Assembly (NCBI GenBank): GCA_964016885.1 | Contig: OZ024743.1 | Span: 130,014,001 to 130,078,000 of the forward strand | Direction of reading: 5' to 3' | DNA: 64,000 nucleotides | Source of the DNA: Eledone cirrhosa | Lineage: Eukaryota | In this document: piece after piece, positions 35,101-46,600 of the stretch | How the letters are laid out: each line of letters starts with the position of its first letter | Position numbering within the stretch: the stretch's first letter is position 1 | Program-made: the position numbers and the translations under genes | The notes under the pieces: model-generated | Seen by the model: the letters and a program-made list of their open reading frames with translations, nothing else | Told to the model about the DNA's origin: nothing | Databases searched by the model: none

Positions 35101-38100
35101 TGCTTGGTGTTAGGTGTTTTGTGCTTGGTGCTTGGTGTTTGGTGTTTGGTCCTTGGTGCTTGGTGTTTGGTGCTTGGTGCTTGGTGTTTGTTGTTTGGTG
35201 CTTTCTGCTTGCTGCTTGGTGTTTGGTGCTTGGTGATTGGTGCTTGGTGTTTGGTGCTTGGTGCTTGGTGTTTGGTATTTGGTGCTAGGTGCTTGGTGCT
35301 TGGTGTTTGGTGTTTGGTGCTCTGTGCTTGGTGCTTGGTGTTTGGTGCTTGGTGCTTGGTGCTTGGTGATTAGTGTTTGGTGCTTGGTGCTTGGGGTTTG
35401 GTGTTTGGTGCTTGGTGCTTGGTGTTTGGTGCTTGGTGTTTGGTGTTTGGTGCTTGGTGCTTGGTGTTTGGTGTTTGGTGCTTGGTGCTTGGTGCTTGTT
35501 GTTTGGTGATTGGTGCTTGGTGCTTGGTGTTTGGCGTTTGGTGTTTGCTGTTTCGTGTTTGGTGTTTGCTGTTTGGTATTTGGTGCTTGGTATTTGGTGC
35601 TTGGTGTTTGGTGTTTGGTGCTTGGTGCTTGGTGCTTGGGGTTTGGTGTTTGGTGCTTCGTGCTTGGTGTTTGGTGCTAGGTGCTTGGTGTTTGGTGTTT
35701 GGTCTTTGGTGCTTGGTGTTTGGTGCTTGGTGCTTGGTGTTTGGTGTTTGGTGCTTGGTGCCTGGTGCTTGTTGTTTGGTGATTGGTGCTTGGTGCTTGG
35801 TGTTTGCTGTTTGGTGTTTGGTGCTTGGTGCTTGGTGTTTGGTCTTTGGTGCTTGGTGCTTGGTGTTTGGTGCTTGGTACTTGGTGTTTGGTGTTTGGTG
35901 CTTGGTGCCTAGTGCTTGGTGTTTGGTGCTTGGTGCTTGGTGTTTGGTTTTTGTTGCTTGGTGTCAGGTGTTTGGTGCTTGCTTTTGGTGTTTGGTGCTT
36001 GGTGCTTGGTGTTTGGTGTTTGGTGCTTGGTGCTTGGTGTTTGCTGTTTGCTGTTTGGTGTTTGCTGTTTGCTGTTAGGTGTCTGTTTTTTGGTGTTTGG
36101 TGTTTGCTGTATGGTGTTTGATGTTTCGTGTTTGGTGTTTGGTATTTGGTGCTTGGTGCTTGGTGTTTGGTGCTTGGTGCTTGGTGCTTGGTGTTTGGTG
36201 TTTGGTCCTTGGTGCTTGGTGCTTGGTGTTTGGTGCTTCGTGTTTGGTGTTTGTTGCTTGGTGCTTGGGTCTTGGTGTTTGGTGCTTGGTAATTGGTGCT
36301 TGGTGTTTGGTGCTTGGTGCTTGGTGTTTGGTGTTTGGTGTTTGGTGCTTGGTGTTTGGTGCTTGGTGCTTGGTGCTGGGTGGTTGGTGTTTGGTGCTTG
36401 GTGCTTGGTGTTTGGTGCTTGGTGCTTGGTGTTTGGTGCTTGGTGCTTGGTGCTTGGTGTTTGGTGTTTGGTCCTTGGTGCCTGGTGCTTGTTGTTTGGT
36501 GATTGGTGCTTGGTGTTTGCTGTTTGCTGTTTGCTGTTTGCTGTTTGCTGTTTGGTGTTTGGTGCTTGGTGATTGGTGCTTGGTGTTTGGTGCTTGGTGC
36601 TTGGTGTTTGGTGCTTGGTGCTTGGTGTTTGATGTTTGGTGCTTGGTGCCTGGTGCTTGTTGTTTGGTACTTGGTGCTTGGTGTTTGGTGTTTGGTGTTT
36701 GGTATTTGGTGCTTGGTGTTTGGTGTTTGGTGTTTGGTGCGTGGTGCTTGTTGTTTGGTATTTGGTGCTTGGTTCTTGGTGCTTGGTGTTTGGTGTTTGG
36801 TGCTTGGTGTTTGGTGGTTGGTGCTTGGTGTTTGGTGCTTGGTGATTGGTGCTTGGTGTTTGATGCTTGGTGTTCGATGCTTGGTGCTTGGTGCTTGGTG
36901 TTTGGTGCTTGGTGCTTGGTATTTGGTTCTTGGTGCTTGGTGCTTCGTCCTTGGTGTTTGGTGTTTAGTGCTTGGTGCTTGGTGCTTGGTGTTTAGTGCT
37001 TGGTGCTTGGTGCATTGTGATTAGTGTTTGGTGCTTGGTGCTTGGGGTTTGGTGTTTGGTGCTTGGTGTTTGGTGTTTGGTGCTTGGAACTTGGTGTTTG
37101 GTGCTTGGTGTTTGCTGTTTGCTGTTTGCTGTTTAGTGTTTGGTGTTATGTGTTTGGTGTTTGCTGTTTGGTGTCTGCTTTTTGGTGTTTGGTGTTTGCT
37201 CTATGGTGTTGGCTGTTTCATGTTTGGTGTTTGCTGTTTGGTGTTTGGTGTTTGCTGTTTGGTGTTTGGTCTTTGGTGCTTGGTGTTTGGTGCTTGGTGT
37301 TTGGTGTTAGGTGTTTGGTGCTTGGTGCTTGGTGTTTGGTGTTTGGTCCATGGTGCTTGGTGTTTGGTGCTTGGTGCTTGGTGTTTGTTGTTTGGTGCTT
37401 TCTGCTTGCTGCTTGGTGTTTGGTGCTTGGTGATTGGTGCTTGGTGTTTGGTGTTTGGTGCTAGGTGCTTGGTGCTTGGTGTTTGGTGCTTCGTGTTTGG
37501 TGTATGGTGCTTGGTGCTTGGGGCTCTGTGTTTGGTGCTTGGTAATTGGTGCTTGGTGTTTGGTGCTTGGTGCTTGGTGCTTGGTGTTTGGTGCTTGTTG
37601 CTTGGTGTTTGGTGTTTGGTGTTTGATGCTTGGTGTTTGATGCTAGGTGCTTGGTGCTTGGTGTTTGGTGCTTGGTGCTTGGTGTTTGTACTTGGTGCTT
37701 GGTCCTTGGTGTTTGGTGCTTGGTTCTTGGTGTTTGGTGCTTGGTGTTTGGTGCTTGGTGCTTGGTGTTTGGTGTTTGGTGCTTGGTGTTTGGTGCTTGG
37801 TGCTGGGTGCTTGGTGTTAGGTGTTTGGTGCTTGGTGCTTGGTGTTTTGTGCTTGGTGCTTGGTGTTTGGTGCTTGGTGCTTGGTGCTTGGTGTTTGGTG
37901 TTTGGTGCTTGGTGTTTGGTGCTTGGTGCTTGGTGCTTGGTGTTAGGTGTGTGGTGTTTGGTGCTTGGTGTTTTATGCTTGGTGCTTGGTGTTTAGTGCT
38001 TGGTGCTTGGTGTTTGGTGCTTGGTGCCTGGTGCTTGGTGTTTGGTGCTTGGTGCTTGGTGTTTGTTGTTTGGTGCTTGGTGCTTGGTGTTAGGTGTTAG

Positions 38101-40689
38101 GTGCTTGGTGCTTGGTGTCTGGTGTTTGGTCCTTGGTGCTTGGTGTTTGGTGCTTTGTGCTTGGTGTTTGTTGTTTGGTGCTTTCTGCTTGCTGCTTGGT
38201 GTTTGGTGCTTGGTGCTTGGTGTTTGGTGCTTGTTGCTTGCTGTTTGGTGTTTGGTGTTTGATGCTTGGTGTTTGAGGCTTGGTGCTTGGTACTAGGTGT
38301 TTGGTGCTTGGTGCTTGGTGTTTGTTCTTGGTGCTTGGTGCTTGGTGCTTGGTGCTTGGTACTTGGTTTTGGTGCTTGGTGTTTGGTGTTTGCTGTTTGC
38401 TGTTTGGTGTTTGGTGTTTGGTGTTTGCTGTTTGGTGTCTGCTTTTTGGTGTTTGGTGTTTGCTGTATGGTGTTTGCTGTTTCGTGTTTGGTGTTTGGTG
38501 TTTGGTGTTTGGTGTTTGCTGTTTAGTGTTTGGTCTCTGGTGCTTGGTGTTTGGTGATTGGTGCTTGGTGTTTGTTGTTTGGTGCTTGGTGCTTGGTGTT
38601 TGGTGTTTGGTCCTTGGTGCCTGGTGCTTGTTGTTTGGTGATTGGTGCTTGGTGTTTGCTGTTTGCTGTTTGCTGTTTGGTGTTTGGTGTTTGCTGTTTG
38701 GTGTTTGGTGCTTGGTGCTTGATGCTTGGTGCTTGGTGTTTGGTGCTTGGTGTTTGGTGCTTGGTGCTTGGTGTTTGGTGTTTGGTGCTTGGTGCTTGGT
38801 GCTTGGTGTTTGGTGTTTGGTGCTTGGTGTTTGGTGGTTGGTGCTTGGTGTTTGGTGCTTAGTGATTGGTGCTTGGTGTTTGGTGCTGGGTGCTTGGTGT
38901 TTGGTGCTTGGTGTTTGGTGCTTGGTGTTTGGTGTTTGATGCTTGGTGTTCGATGCTTGGTGCTTGGTGCTTGGTGTTTGGTGCTTGGTGCTTGGTCTTT
39001 GGTTCTTGGTGCTTGGTGCTTGGTGCTTAGTGCTTGGTGTTTAGTGCTTGGTGCTTGGTGCATTGTGCTTAGTGTTTGGTGCTTGGTGCTTGGGGTTTGG
39101 TGTTTGGTGCTTGGTGCTTGGTGTTTGGTGCTTGAAACTTGGTGTTTGGTGCTTGGTGTTTGCTGTTTGCTGTTTGCTGTTTAGTGTTTGGTGTTTGGTG
39201 TTTGGTGTTTGCTCTATGGTGTTTGCTGTTTCATGTTTGGTGTTTGCTGTTTGGTGTTTGGTGTTTGCTGTTTGGTGTTTGGTCTTTGGCGCTTGGTGTT
39301 TGGTGCTTGGTGCTTGGTGTTTGGTGTTTAGTGCTTGGTGCTTGGTGTTAGGTGTTTTGTGCTTGGTGCTTGGTGTTTGGTGTTTGGTCCTTGGTGCTTG
39401 GTGTTTGGTGCTTGGTGCTTGGTGTTTGTTGTTTGGTGCTTTCTGCTTGCTGCTTGGTGTTTGGTGCTTGGTGATTGGTGCTTGGTGTTTGGTGCTTGGT
39501 GCTTGGTGTTTGGTATTTGGTGCTAGGTGCTTGGTGCTTGGTGTTTGGTGTTTGGTGCTCTGTGCTTGGTGCTTGGTGTTTGGTGCTTGGTGCTTGGTGC
39601 TTGGTGATTAGTGTTTGGTGCTTGGTGCTTGGGGTTTGGTGTTTGGTGCTTGGTGCTTGGTGTTTGGTGCTTGGTGTTTGGTGTTTGGTGCTTGGTGCTT
39701 GGTGTTTGGTGTTTGGTGCTTGGTGCTTGGTGCTTGTTGTTTGGTGATTGGTGCTTGGTGCTTGGTGTTTGGCGTTTGGTGTTTGCTGTTTCGTGTTTGG
39801 TGTTTGCTGTTTGGTATTTGGTGCTTGGTATTTGGTGCTTGGTGTTTGGTGTTTGGTGCTTGGTGCTTGGTGCTTGGGGTTTGGTGTTTGGTGCTTCGTG
39901 CTTGGTGTTTGGTGCTAGGTGCTTGGTGTTTGGTGTTTGGTCTTTGGTGCTTGGTGTTTGGTGCTTGGTGCTTGGTGTTTGGTGTTTGGTGCTTGGTGCC
40001 TGGTGCTTGTTGTTTGGTGATTGGTGCTTGGTGCTTGGTGTTTGCTGTTTGGTGTTTGGTGCTTGGTGCTTGGTGTTTGGTCTTTGGTGCTTGGTGCTTG
40101 GTGTTTGGTGCTTGGTACTTGGTGTTTGGTGTTTGGTGCTTGGTGCCTAGTGCTTGGTGTTTGGTGCTTGGTGCTTGGTGTTTGGTTTTTGTTGCTTGGT
40201 GTCAGGTGTTTGGTGCTTGCTTTTGGTGTTTGGTGCTTGGTGCTTGGTGTTTGGTGTTTGGTGCTTGGTGCTTGGTGTTTGCTGTTTGCTGTTTGGTGTT
40301 TGCTGTTTGCTGTTAGGTGTCTGTTTTTTGGTGTTTGGTGTTTGCTGTATGGTGTTTGATGTTTCGTGTTTGGTGTTTGGTGTTTGGTGCTTGGTGCTTG
40401 GTGTTTGGTGCTTGGTGCTTGGTGCTTGGTGTTTGGTGTTTGGTCCTTGGTGCTTGGTGCTTGGTGTTTGGTGCTTCGTGTTTGGTGTTTGTTGCTTGGT
40501 GCTTGGGTCTTGGTGTTTGGTGCTTGGTAATTGGTGCTTGGTGTTTGGTGCTTGGTGCTTGGTGTTTGGTGTTTGGTGTTTGGTGCTTGGTGTTTGGTGC
40601 TTGGTGCTTGGTGCTGGGTGGTTGGTGTTTGGTGCTTGGTGCTTGGTGTTTGGTGCTTGGTGCTTGGTGTTTGGTGCTTGGTGCTTGGT
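32190..40689 (+). repeat. 4238-bp tandem higher-order duplication (about 32190-36427 and 36428-40689)
   Basis: Constant offset 4238 across many ORF pairs (32265/36503, 32786/37024, 34055/38293, 35916/40154). 4238 = 606x7 - 4, and four 6-bp monomers are visible (TTGTAC, TTGTTC, TTGGTT, TTGCTT). Confidence 0.94.
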
Positions 40690-43600
40690 CTTTGGTGCTT
40701 GGTGTTTGGTGCTTGGTGCTTGGTGCTTGGTGCTTGGTGCTTGGTGCTTGGTGATTAGTGTTTGGTGCTTGGTGCTTGGGGTTTGGTGTTTGGTGCTTGG
40801 TGCTTGGTGTTTGGTGCTTGGTGTTTGGTGTTTGGTGCTTGGTGCTTGGTGTTTGGTGTTTGGTGCTTGGTGCTTGGTGCTTGTTGTTTGGTGATTGGTG
40901 CTTGGTGCTTGGTGTTTGGCGTTTGGTGTTTGCTGTTTCGTGTTTGGTGTTTGTTGTTTTGTATATGGTGTTTGCTGTTTGGTGTTTGGTCTTTGGTGCT
41001 TGGTGTTTGGTGCTTGGTGTTTGGTGTTTGGTGCTTGGTGCCTGGTGCTTGTTGTTTTGTGATTGGTGCTTGGTGCTTGGTGTTTGGTGTTTGGTGTTTG
41101 GTGTCTGCTGTTTGGTGTTTGGTGCTTGGTGCTTGGTGCTTGGGGTTTGGTGTTTGGTGCTTGGTGCTTGGTGTTTGGTGCTAGGTGCTTGGTGTTTGGT
41201 CTTTGGTGCTTGGTGTTTGGTGCTTGGTGCTTGGTGTTTGGTGTTTGGTGCTTGGTGCCTGGTGCTTGTTGTTTGGTGATTGGTGCTTGGTGCATGGTGT
41301 TTGCTGTTTGGTGTTTGGTGCTTGGTGCTTGGTGTTTGGTCTTTGGTGCTTGGTGCTTGGTGTTTGGTGCTTGGTACTTGGTGTTTGGTGTTTGGTGCTT
41401 GGTGCCTAGTGCTTGGTGTTTGGTGCTTGGTGCTTGGTGTTTGGTGTTTGGTGCTTGGTGTCTGGTGTTTGGTGCTTGGTTTTGGTGTTTGGTGCTTGGT
41501 GCTTGGTGTTTGGTGTTTGGTGCTTGGTGCTTGGTGTTTGCTGTTTGCTGTTTGGTGTTTGCTGTTTGCTGTTAGGTGTCTGTTTTTGGTGTTTGGTGTT
41601 TGCTGTATGGTGTTTGATGTTTCGTGTTTGCTGTTTGGTGTTTGGTGCTTGGTGCTTGGTGTTTGGTGCTTGGTGCTTGGTGCTTGGTGTTTGGTGTTTG
41701 GTCCTTGGTGCTTGGTGCTTCGTGTTTGTTGTTTGGTGCTTGGTGCTTGGGGCTTGGTGTTTGGTGCTTGGTAATTGGTGCTTGGTGTTTGGTGCTTGGT
41801 GCTTGGTGTTTGGTGTTTGGTGTTTGGTGCTTGGTGTTTGGTGCTTGGTGCTTGGTGCTGGGTGGTTGGTGTTTGGTGCTTGGTGCTTGGTGTTTGGTGC
41901 TTGGTGCTTGGTGTTTGGTGCTTGGTGCTTGGTCTTTGGTGCTTGGTGTTTGGTGCTTGGTGCTTGGTGCTTGGTGCTTGGTGCTTGGTGATTAGTGTTT
42001 GGTGCTTGGTGCTTGGGGTTTGGTGTTTGGTGCTTGGTGCTTGGTGTTTGGTGCTTGGTGTTTGGTGTTTGGTGCTTGGTGCTTGGTGTTTGGTGTTTGG
42101 TGCTTGGTGCTTGGTGCTTGTTGTTTGGTGATTGGTGCTTGGTGCTTGGTGTTTGCCGTTTGGTGTTTGCTGTTTCGTGTTTGGTGTTTGCTGTTTTGTA
42201 TATGGTGTTTGCTGTTTGGTGTTTGGTCTTTGGTGCTTGGTGTTTGGTGCTTGGTGTTTGGTGCTTGGTGCTTGGTGTTTGGTGTTTGGTGTTTGGTGTT
42301 TGCTGTTTGGTCTTTGGTCTTTGGTCTTTGGTGCTTCGTGTTTGATGCTTGGTGTTTGGTGTTTGCTGCTTGGTGCTTGGTGTTTGGTGTTTGGTGTTTG
42401 GATCTTGGTGCTTGGTGCTTGTTGTTTGGTGATTGGTGCTTGGTGCTTGGTGTTTGGTGTTTGGTGTTTGGTGTTTGGTGCTTGGTGCTTGGTGTCTGGT
42501 GCTTGGAGTTTGGTGTTTGGTGCTTGGTGCTTGGTGCTTGGTGTTTGGTGTTTGGTGCTTGGTGCTTGGTGTTTGGTGCTTGGTGCTTGGTGTTTGGTGC
42601 TGCGTGCTTCGTGTTTGGTGCTTCGTGCTGGGTGCTTGGTGCTTGGTGTTTGGTGTTTGGATCTTGGTGCTTGGTGCTTGTTGCTTGGTGATTGGTGCTT
42701 GGTGCTTGGTGTTTGGTGTTTGGTGTTTGGTGTTTGGTGCTTGGTGCTTGGTGTCTGGTGCTTGGAGTTTGGTGTTTGGTGCTTGGTGCTTGGTGCTTGG
42801 TGTTTGGTGTTTGATGCTTGGTGCTTGGTGCTTGGTGTTTGGTGTTTGGTGCTTGTTGCTTGGTGTTTGGTGTTTGATGCTTGGTGTTTGATGCTTGATG
42901 CTTGGTGCTTGGTGTTTGGTGCTTTGTGTTTGTACTTGGTGCTTGGTGCTTGGTGCTTGGTGTTTGGTGCTTGGTGCTTGGTGCTTGGTGTTTGGTGCTT
43001 TGTGTTTGGTGCTTGGTTCTTGGTGTTTGGTGCTTGGTGTTTGGTGCTTGGTGCTTGGTGTTTGGTGTTTGGTGCTTGGTGCTTGGTGCTTGGTGCTTGG
43101 TGTTAGGTGTTAGGTGTTTGGTGCTTGGTGCTTGGTGCTTGGTGTTAGGTGTTAGGTGTTTGGTGCTTGGTGCTTGGTGTTTTGTGCTTGGTGCTTGGTG
43201 CTTGGTGTTTGGTGCTTGGTGCTTGGTGTTTGGTGCTTGGTGCCTGGTGCTTGGTGTTTGGTGCTTGGTGCTTGGTGTTTGGTGTTTGGTGCTTGGTGCT
43301 TGGTGTTAGGTGTTTGGTGCTTGGTGCATGGTGTTTGGTGTTTGGTCCTTGGTGCTTGGTGTTTGGTGCTTGGTGCTTGGTGCTTGTTGTTTGGTGCTTT
43401 CTGCTTGCTGCTTGGTGTTTGGTGCTTTATGCTTGGTGTTTGGTCCTTGGTGTTTGGTGTTTGGTGTTTGATGCTTGGTGTTTGATGCTTGGTGCTTGGT
43501 GCTTGGTGTTTGGTGCTTGGTGCTTGGTGTTTGTACTTGGTGCTTGGTGCTTGGTGCTTGGTGTTTGGTACTTGGTTCTTGGTGTTTGGTGTTTGGTGCT

Positions 43601-46600
43601 TGGTGTTTGGTGCTTGGTGCTTGGTGTTTGGTGTTTGGTGCTTGGTGTTTGGTGCTTGGTGCTTGGTGTTTGGTGCTTGGTGCTTGGTGTTTGGTGTTTG
43701 GTGTTTGGTGTTTGGTGCTTGGTGCTTGGTGTTTGGTGCTTGGTGCTTGGTACTAGGTGTTTGGTGCTTGGTGCTTGGTGTTTGTTCTTGGTGCTTGGTG
43801 CTTGGTGCTTGGTGCTTGGTACTTGGTTTTGGTGCTTGGTGTTTGGTGTTTGCTGTTTGCTGTTTGGTGTTTGGTGTTTGGTGTTTGCTGTTTGGTGTCT
43901 GCTTTTTGGTGTTTGGTGTTTGCTGTATGGTGTTTGCTGTTTCGTGTTTGGTGTTTGGTGTTTGGTGTTTGGTGTTTGCTGTTTAGTGTTTGGTCTCTGG
44001 TGCTTGGTGTTTGGTGATTGGTGCTTGGTGTTTGTTGTTTGGTGCTTGGTGCTTGGTGTTTGGTGTTTGGTCCTTGGTGCCTGGTGCTTGTTGTTTGGTG
44101 ATTGGTGCTTGGTGTTTGCTGTTTGCTGTTTGCTGTTTGGTGTTTGGTGTTTGCTGTTTGGTGTTTGGTGCTTGGTGCTTGATGCTTGGTGCTTGGTGTT
44201 TGGTGCTTGGTGTTTGGTGCTTGGTGCTTGGTGTTTGGTGTTTGGTGCTTGGTGCTTGGTGCTTGGTGTTTGGTGTTTGGTGCTTGGTGTTTGGTGGTTG
44301 GTGCTTGGTGTTTGGTGCTTAGTGATTGGTGCTTGGTGTTTGGTGCTGGGTGCTTGGTGTTTGGTGCTTGGTGTTTGGTGCTTGGTGTTTGGTGTTTGAT
44401 GCTTGGTGTTCGATGCTTGGTGCTTGGTGCTTGGTGTTTGGTGCTTGGTGCTTGGTCTTTGGTTCTTGGTGCTTGGTGCTTGGTGCTTAGTGCTTGGTGT
44501 TTAGTGCTTGGTGCTTGGTGCATTGTGCTTAGTGTTTGGTGCTTGGTGCTTGGGGTTTGGTGTTTGGTGCTTGGTGCTTGGTGTTTGGTGCTTGAAACTT
44601 GGTGTTTGGTGCTTGGTGTTTGCTGTTTGCTGTTTGCTGTTTAGTGTTTGGTGTTTGGTGTTTGGTGTTTGCTCTATGGTGTTTGCTGTTTCATGTTTGG
44701 TGTTTGCTGTTTGGTGTTTGGTGTTTGCTGTTTGGTGTTTGGTCTTTGGCGCTTGGTGTTTGGTGCTTGGTGCTTGGTGTTTGGTGTTTAGTGCTTGGTG
44801 CTTGGTGTTAGGTGTTTTGTGCTTGGTGCTTGGTGTTTGGTGTTTGGTCCTTGGTGCTTGGTGTTTGGTGCTTGGTGCTTGGTGTTTGTTGTTTGGTGCT
44901 TTCTGCTTGCTGCTTGGTGTTTGGTGCTTGGTGATTGGTGCTTGGTGTTTGGTGCTTGGTGCTTGGTGTTTGGTATTTGGTGCTAGGTGCTTGGTGCTTG
45001 GTGTTTGGTGTTTGGTGCTCTGTGCTTGGTGCTTGGTGTTTGGTGCTTGGTGCTTGGTGCTTGGTGATTAGTGTTTGGTGCTTGGTGCTTGGGGTTTGGT
45101 GTTTGGTGCTTGGTGCTTGGTGTTTGGTGCTTGGTGTTTGGTGTTTGGTGCTTGGTGCTTGGTGTTTGGTGTTTGGTGCTTGGTGCTTGGTGCTTGTTGT
45201 TTGGTGATTGGTGCTTGGTGCTTGGTGTTTGGCGTTTGGTGTTTGCTGTTTCGTGTTTGGTGTTTGCTGTTTGGTATTTGGTGCTTGGTATTTGGTGCTT
45301 GGTGTTTGGTGTTTGGTGCTTGGTGCTTGGTGCTTGGGGTTTGGTGTTTGGTGCTTCGTGCTTGGTGTTTGGTGCTAGGTGCTTGGTGTTTGGTGTTTGG
45401 TCTTTGGTGCTTGGTGTTTGGTGCTTGGTGCTTGGTGTTTGGTGTTTGGTGCTTGGTGCCTGGTGCTTGTTGTTTGGTGATTGGTGCTTGGTGCTTGGTG
45501 TTTGCTGTTTGGTGTTTGGTGCTTGGTGCTTGGTGTTTGGTCTTTGGTGCTTGGTGCTTGGTGTTTGGTGCTTGGTACTTGGTGTTTGGTGTTTGGTGCT
45601 TGGTGCCTAGTGCTTGGTGTTTGGTGCTTGGTGCTTGGTGTTTGGTTTTTGTTGCTTGGTGTCAGGTGTTTGGTGCTTGCTTTTGGTGTTTGGTGCTTGG
45701 TGCTTGGTGTTTGGTGTTTGGTGCTTGGTGCTTGGTGTTTGCTGTTTGCTGTTTGGTGTTTGCTGTTTGCTGTTAGGTGTCTGTTTTTTGGTGTTTGGTG
45801 TTTGATGTATGGTGTTTGATGTTTCGTGTTTGGTGTTTGGTGTTTGGTGCTTGGTGCTTGGTGTTTGGTGCTTGGTGCTTGGTGCTTGGTGTTTGGTGTT
45901 TGGTCCTTGGTGCTTGGTGCTTGGTGTTTGGTGCTTCGTGTTTGGTGTTTGTTGCTTGGTGCTTGGGTCTTGGTGTTTGGTGCTTGGTAATTGGTGCTTG
46001 GTGTTTGGTGCTTGGTGCTTGGTGTTTGGTGTTTGGTGTTTGGTGCTTGGTGTTTGGTGCTTGGTGCTTGGTGCTGGGTGGTTGGTGTTTGGTGCTTGGT
46101 GCTTGGTGTTTGGTGCTTGGTGCTTGGTGTTTGGTGCTTGGTGCTTGGTCTTTGGTGCTTGGTGTTTGGTGCTTGGTGCTTGGTGCTTGGTGCTTGGTGC
46201 TTGGTGCTTGGTGATTAGTGTTTGGTGCTTGGTGCTTGGGGTTTGGTGTTTGGTGCTTGGTGCTTGGTGTTTGGTGCTTGGTGTTTGGTGTTTGGTGCTT
46301 GGTGCTTGGTGTTTGGTGTTTGGTGCTTGGTGCTTGGTGCTTGTTGTTTGGTGATTGGTGCTTGGTGCTTGGTGTTTGGCGTTTGGTGTTTGCTGTTTCG
46401 TGTTTGGTGTTTGTTGTTTTGTATATGGTGTTTGCTGTTTGGTGTTTGGTCTTTGGTGCTTGGTGTTTGGTGCTTGGTGTTTGGTGTTTGGTGCTTGGTG
46501 CCTGGTGCTTGTTGTTTTGTGATTGGTGCTTGGTGCTTGGTGTTTGGTGTTTGGTGTTTGGTGTCTGCTGTTTGGTGTTTGGTGCTTGGTGCTTGGTGCT

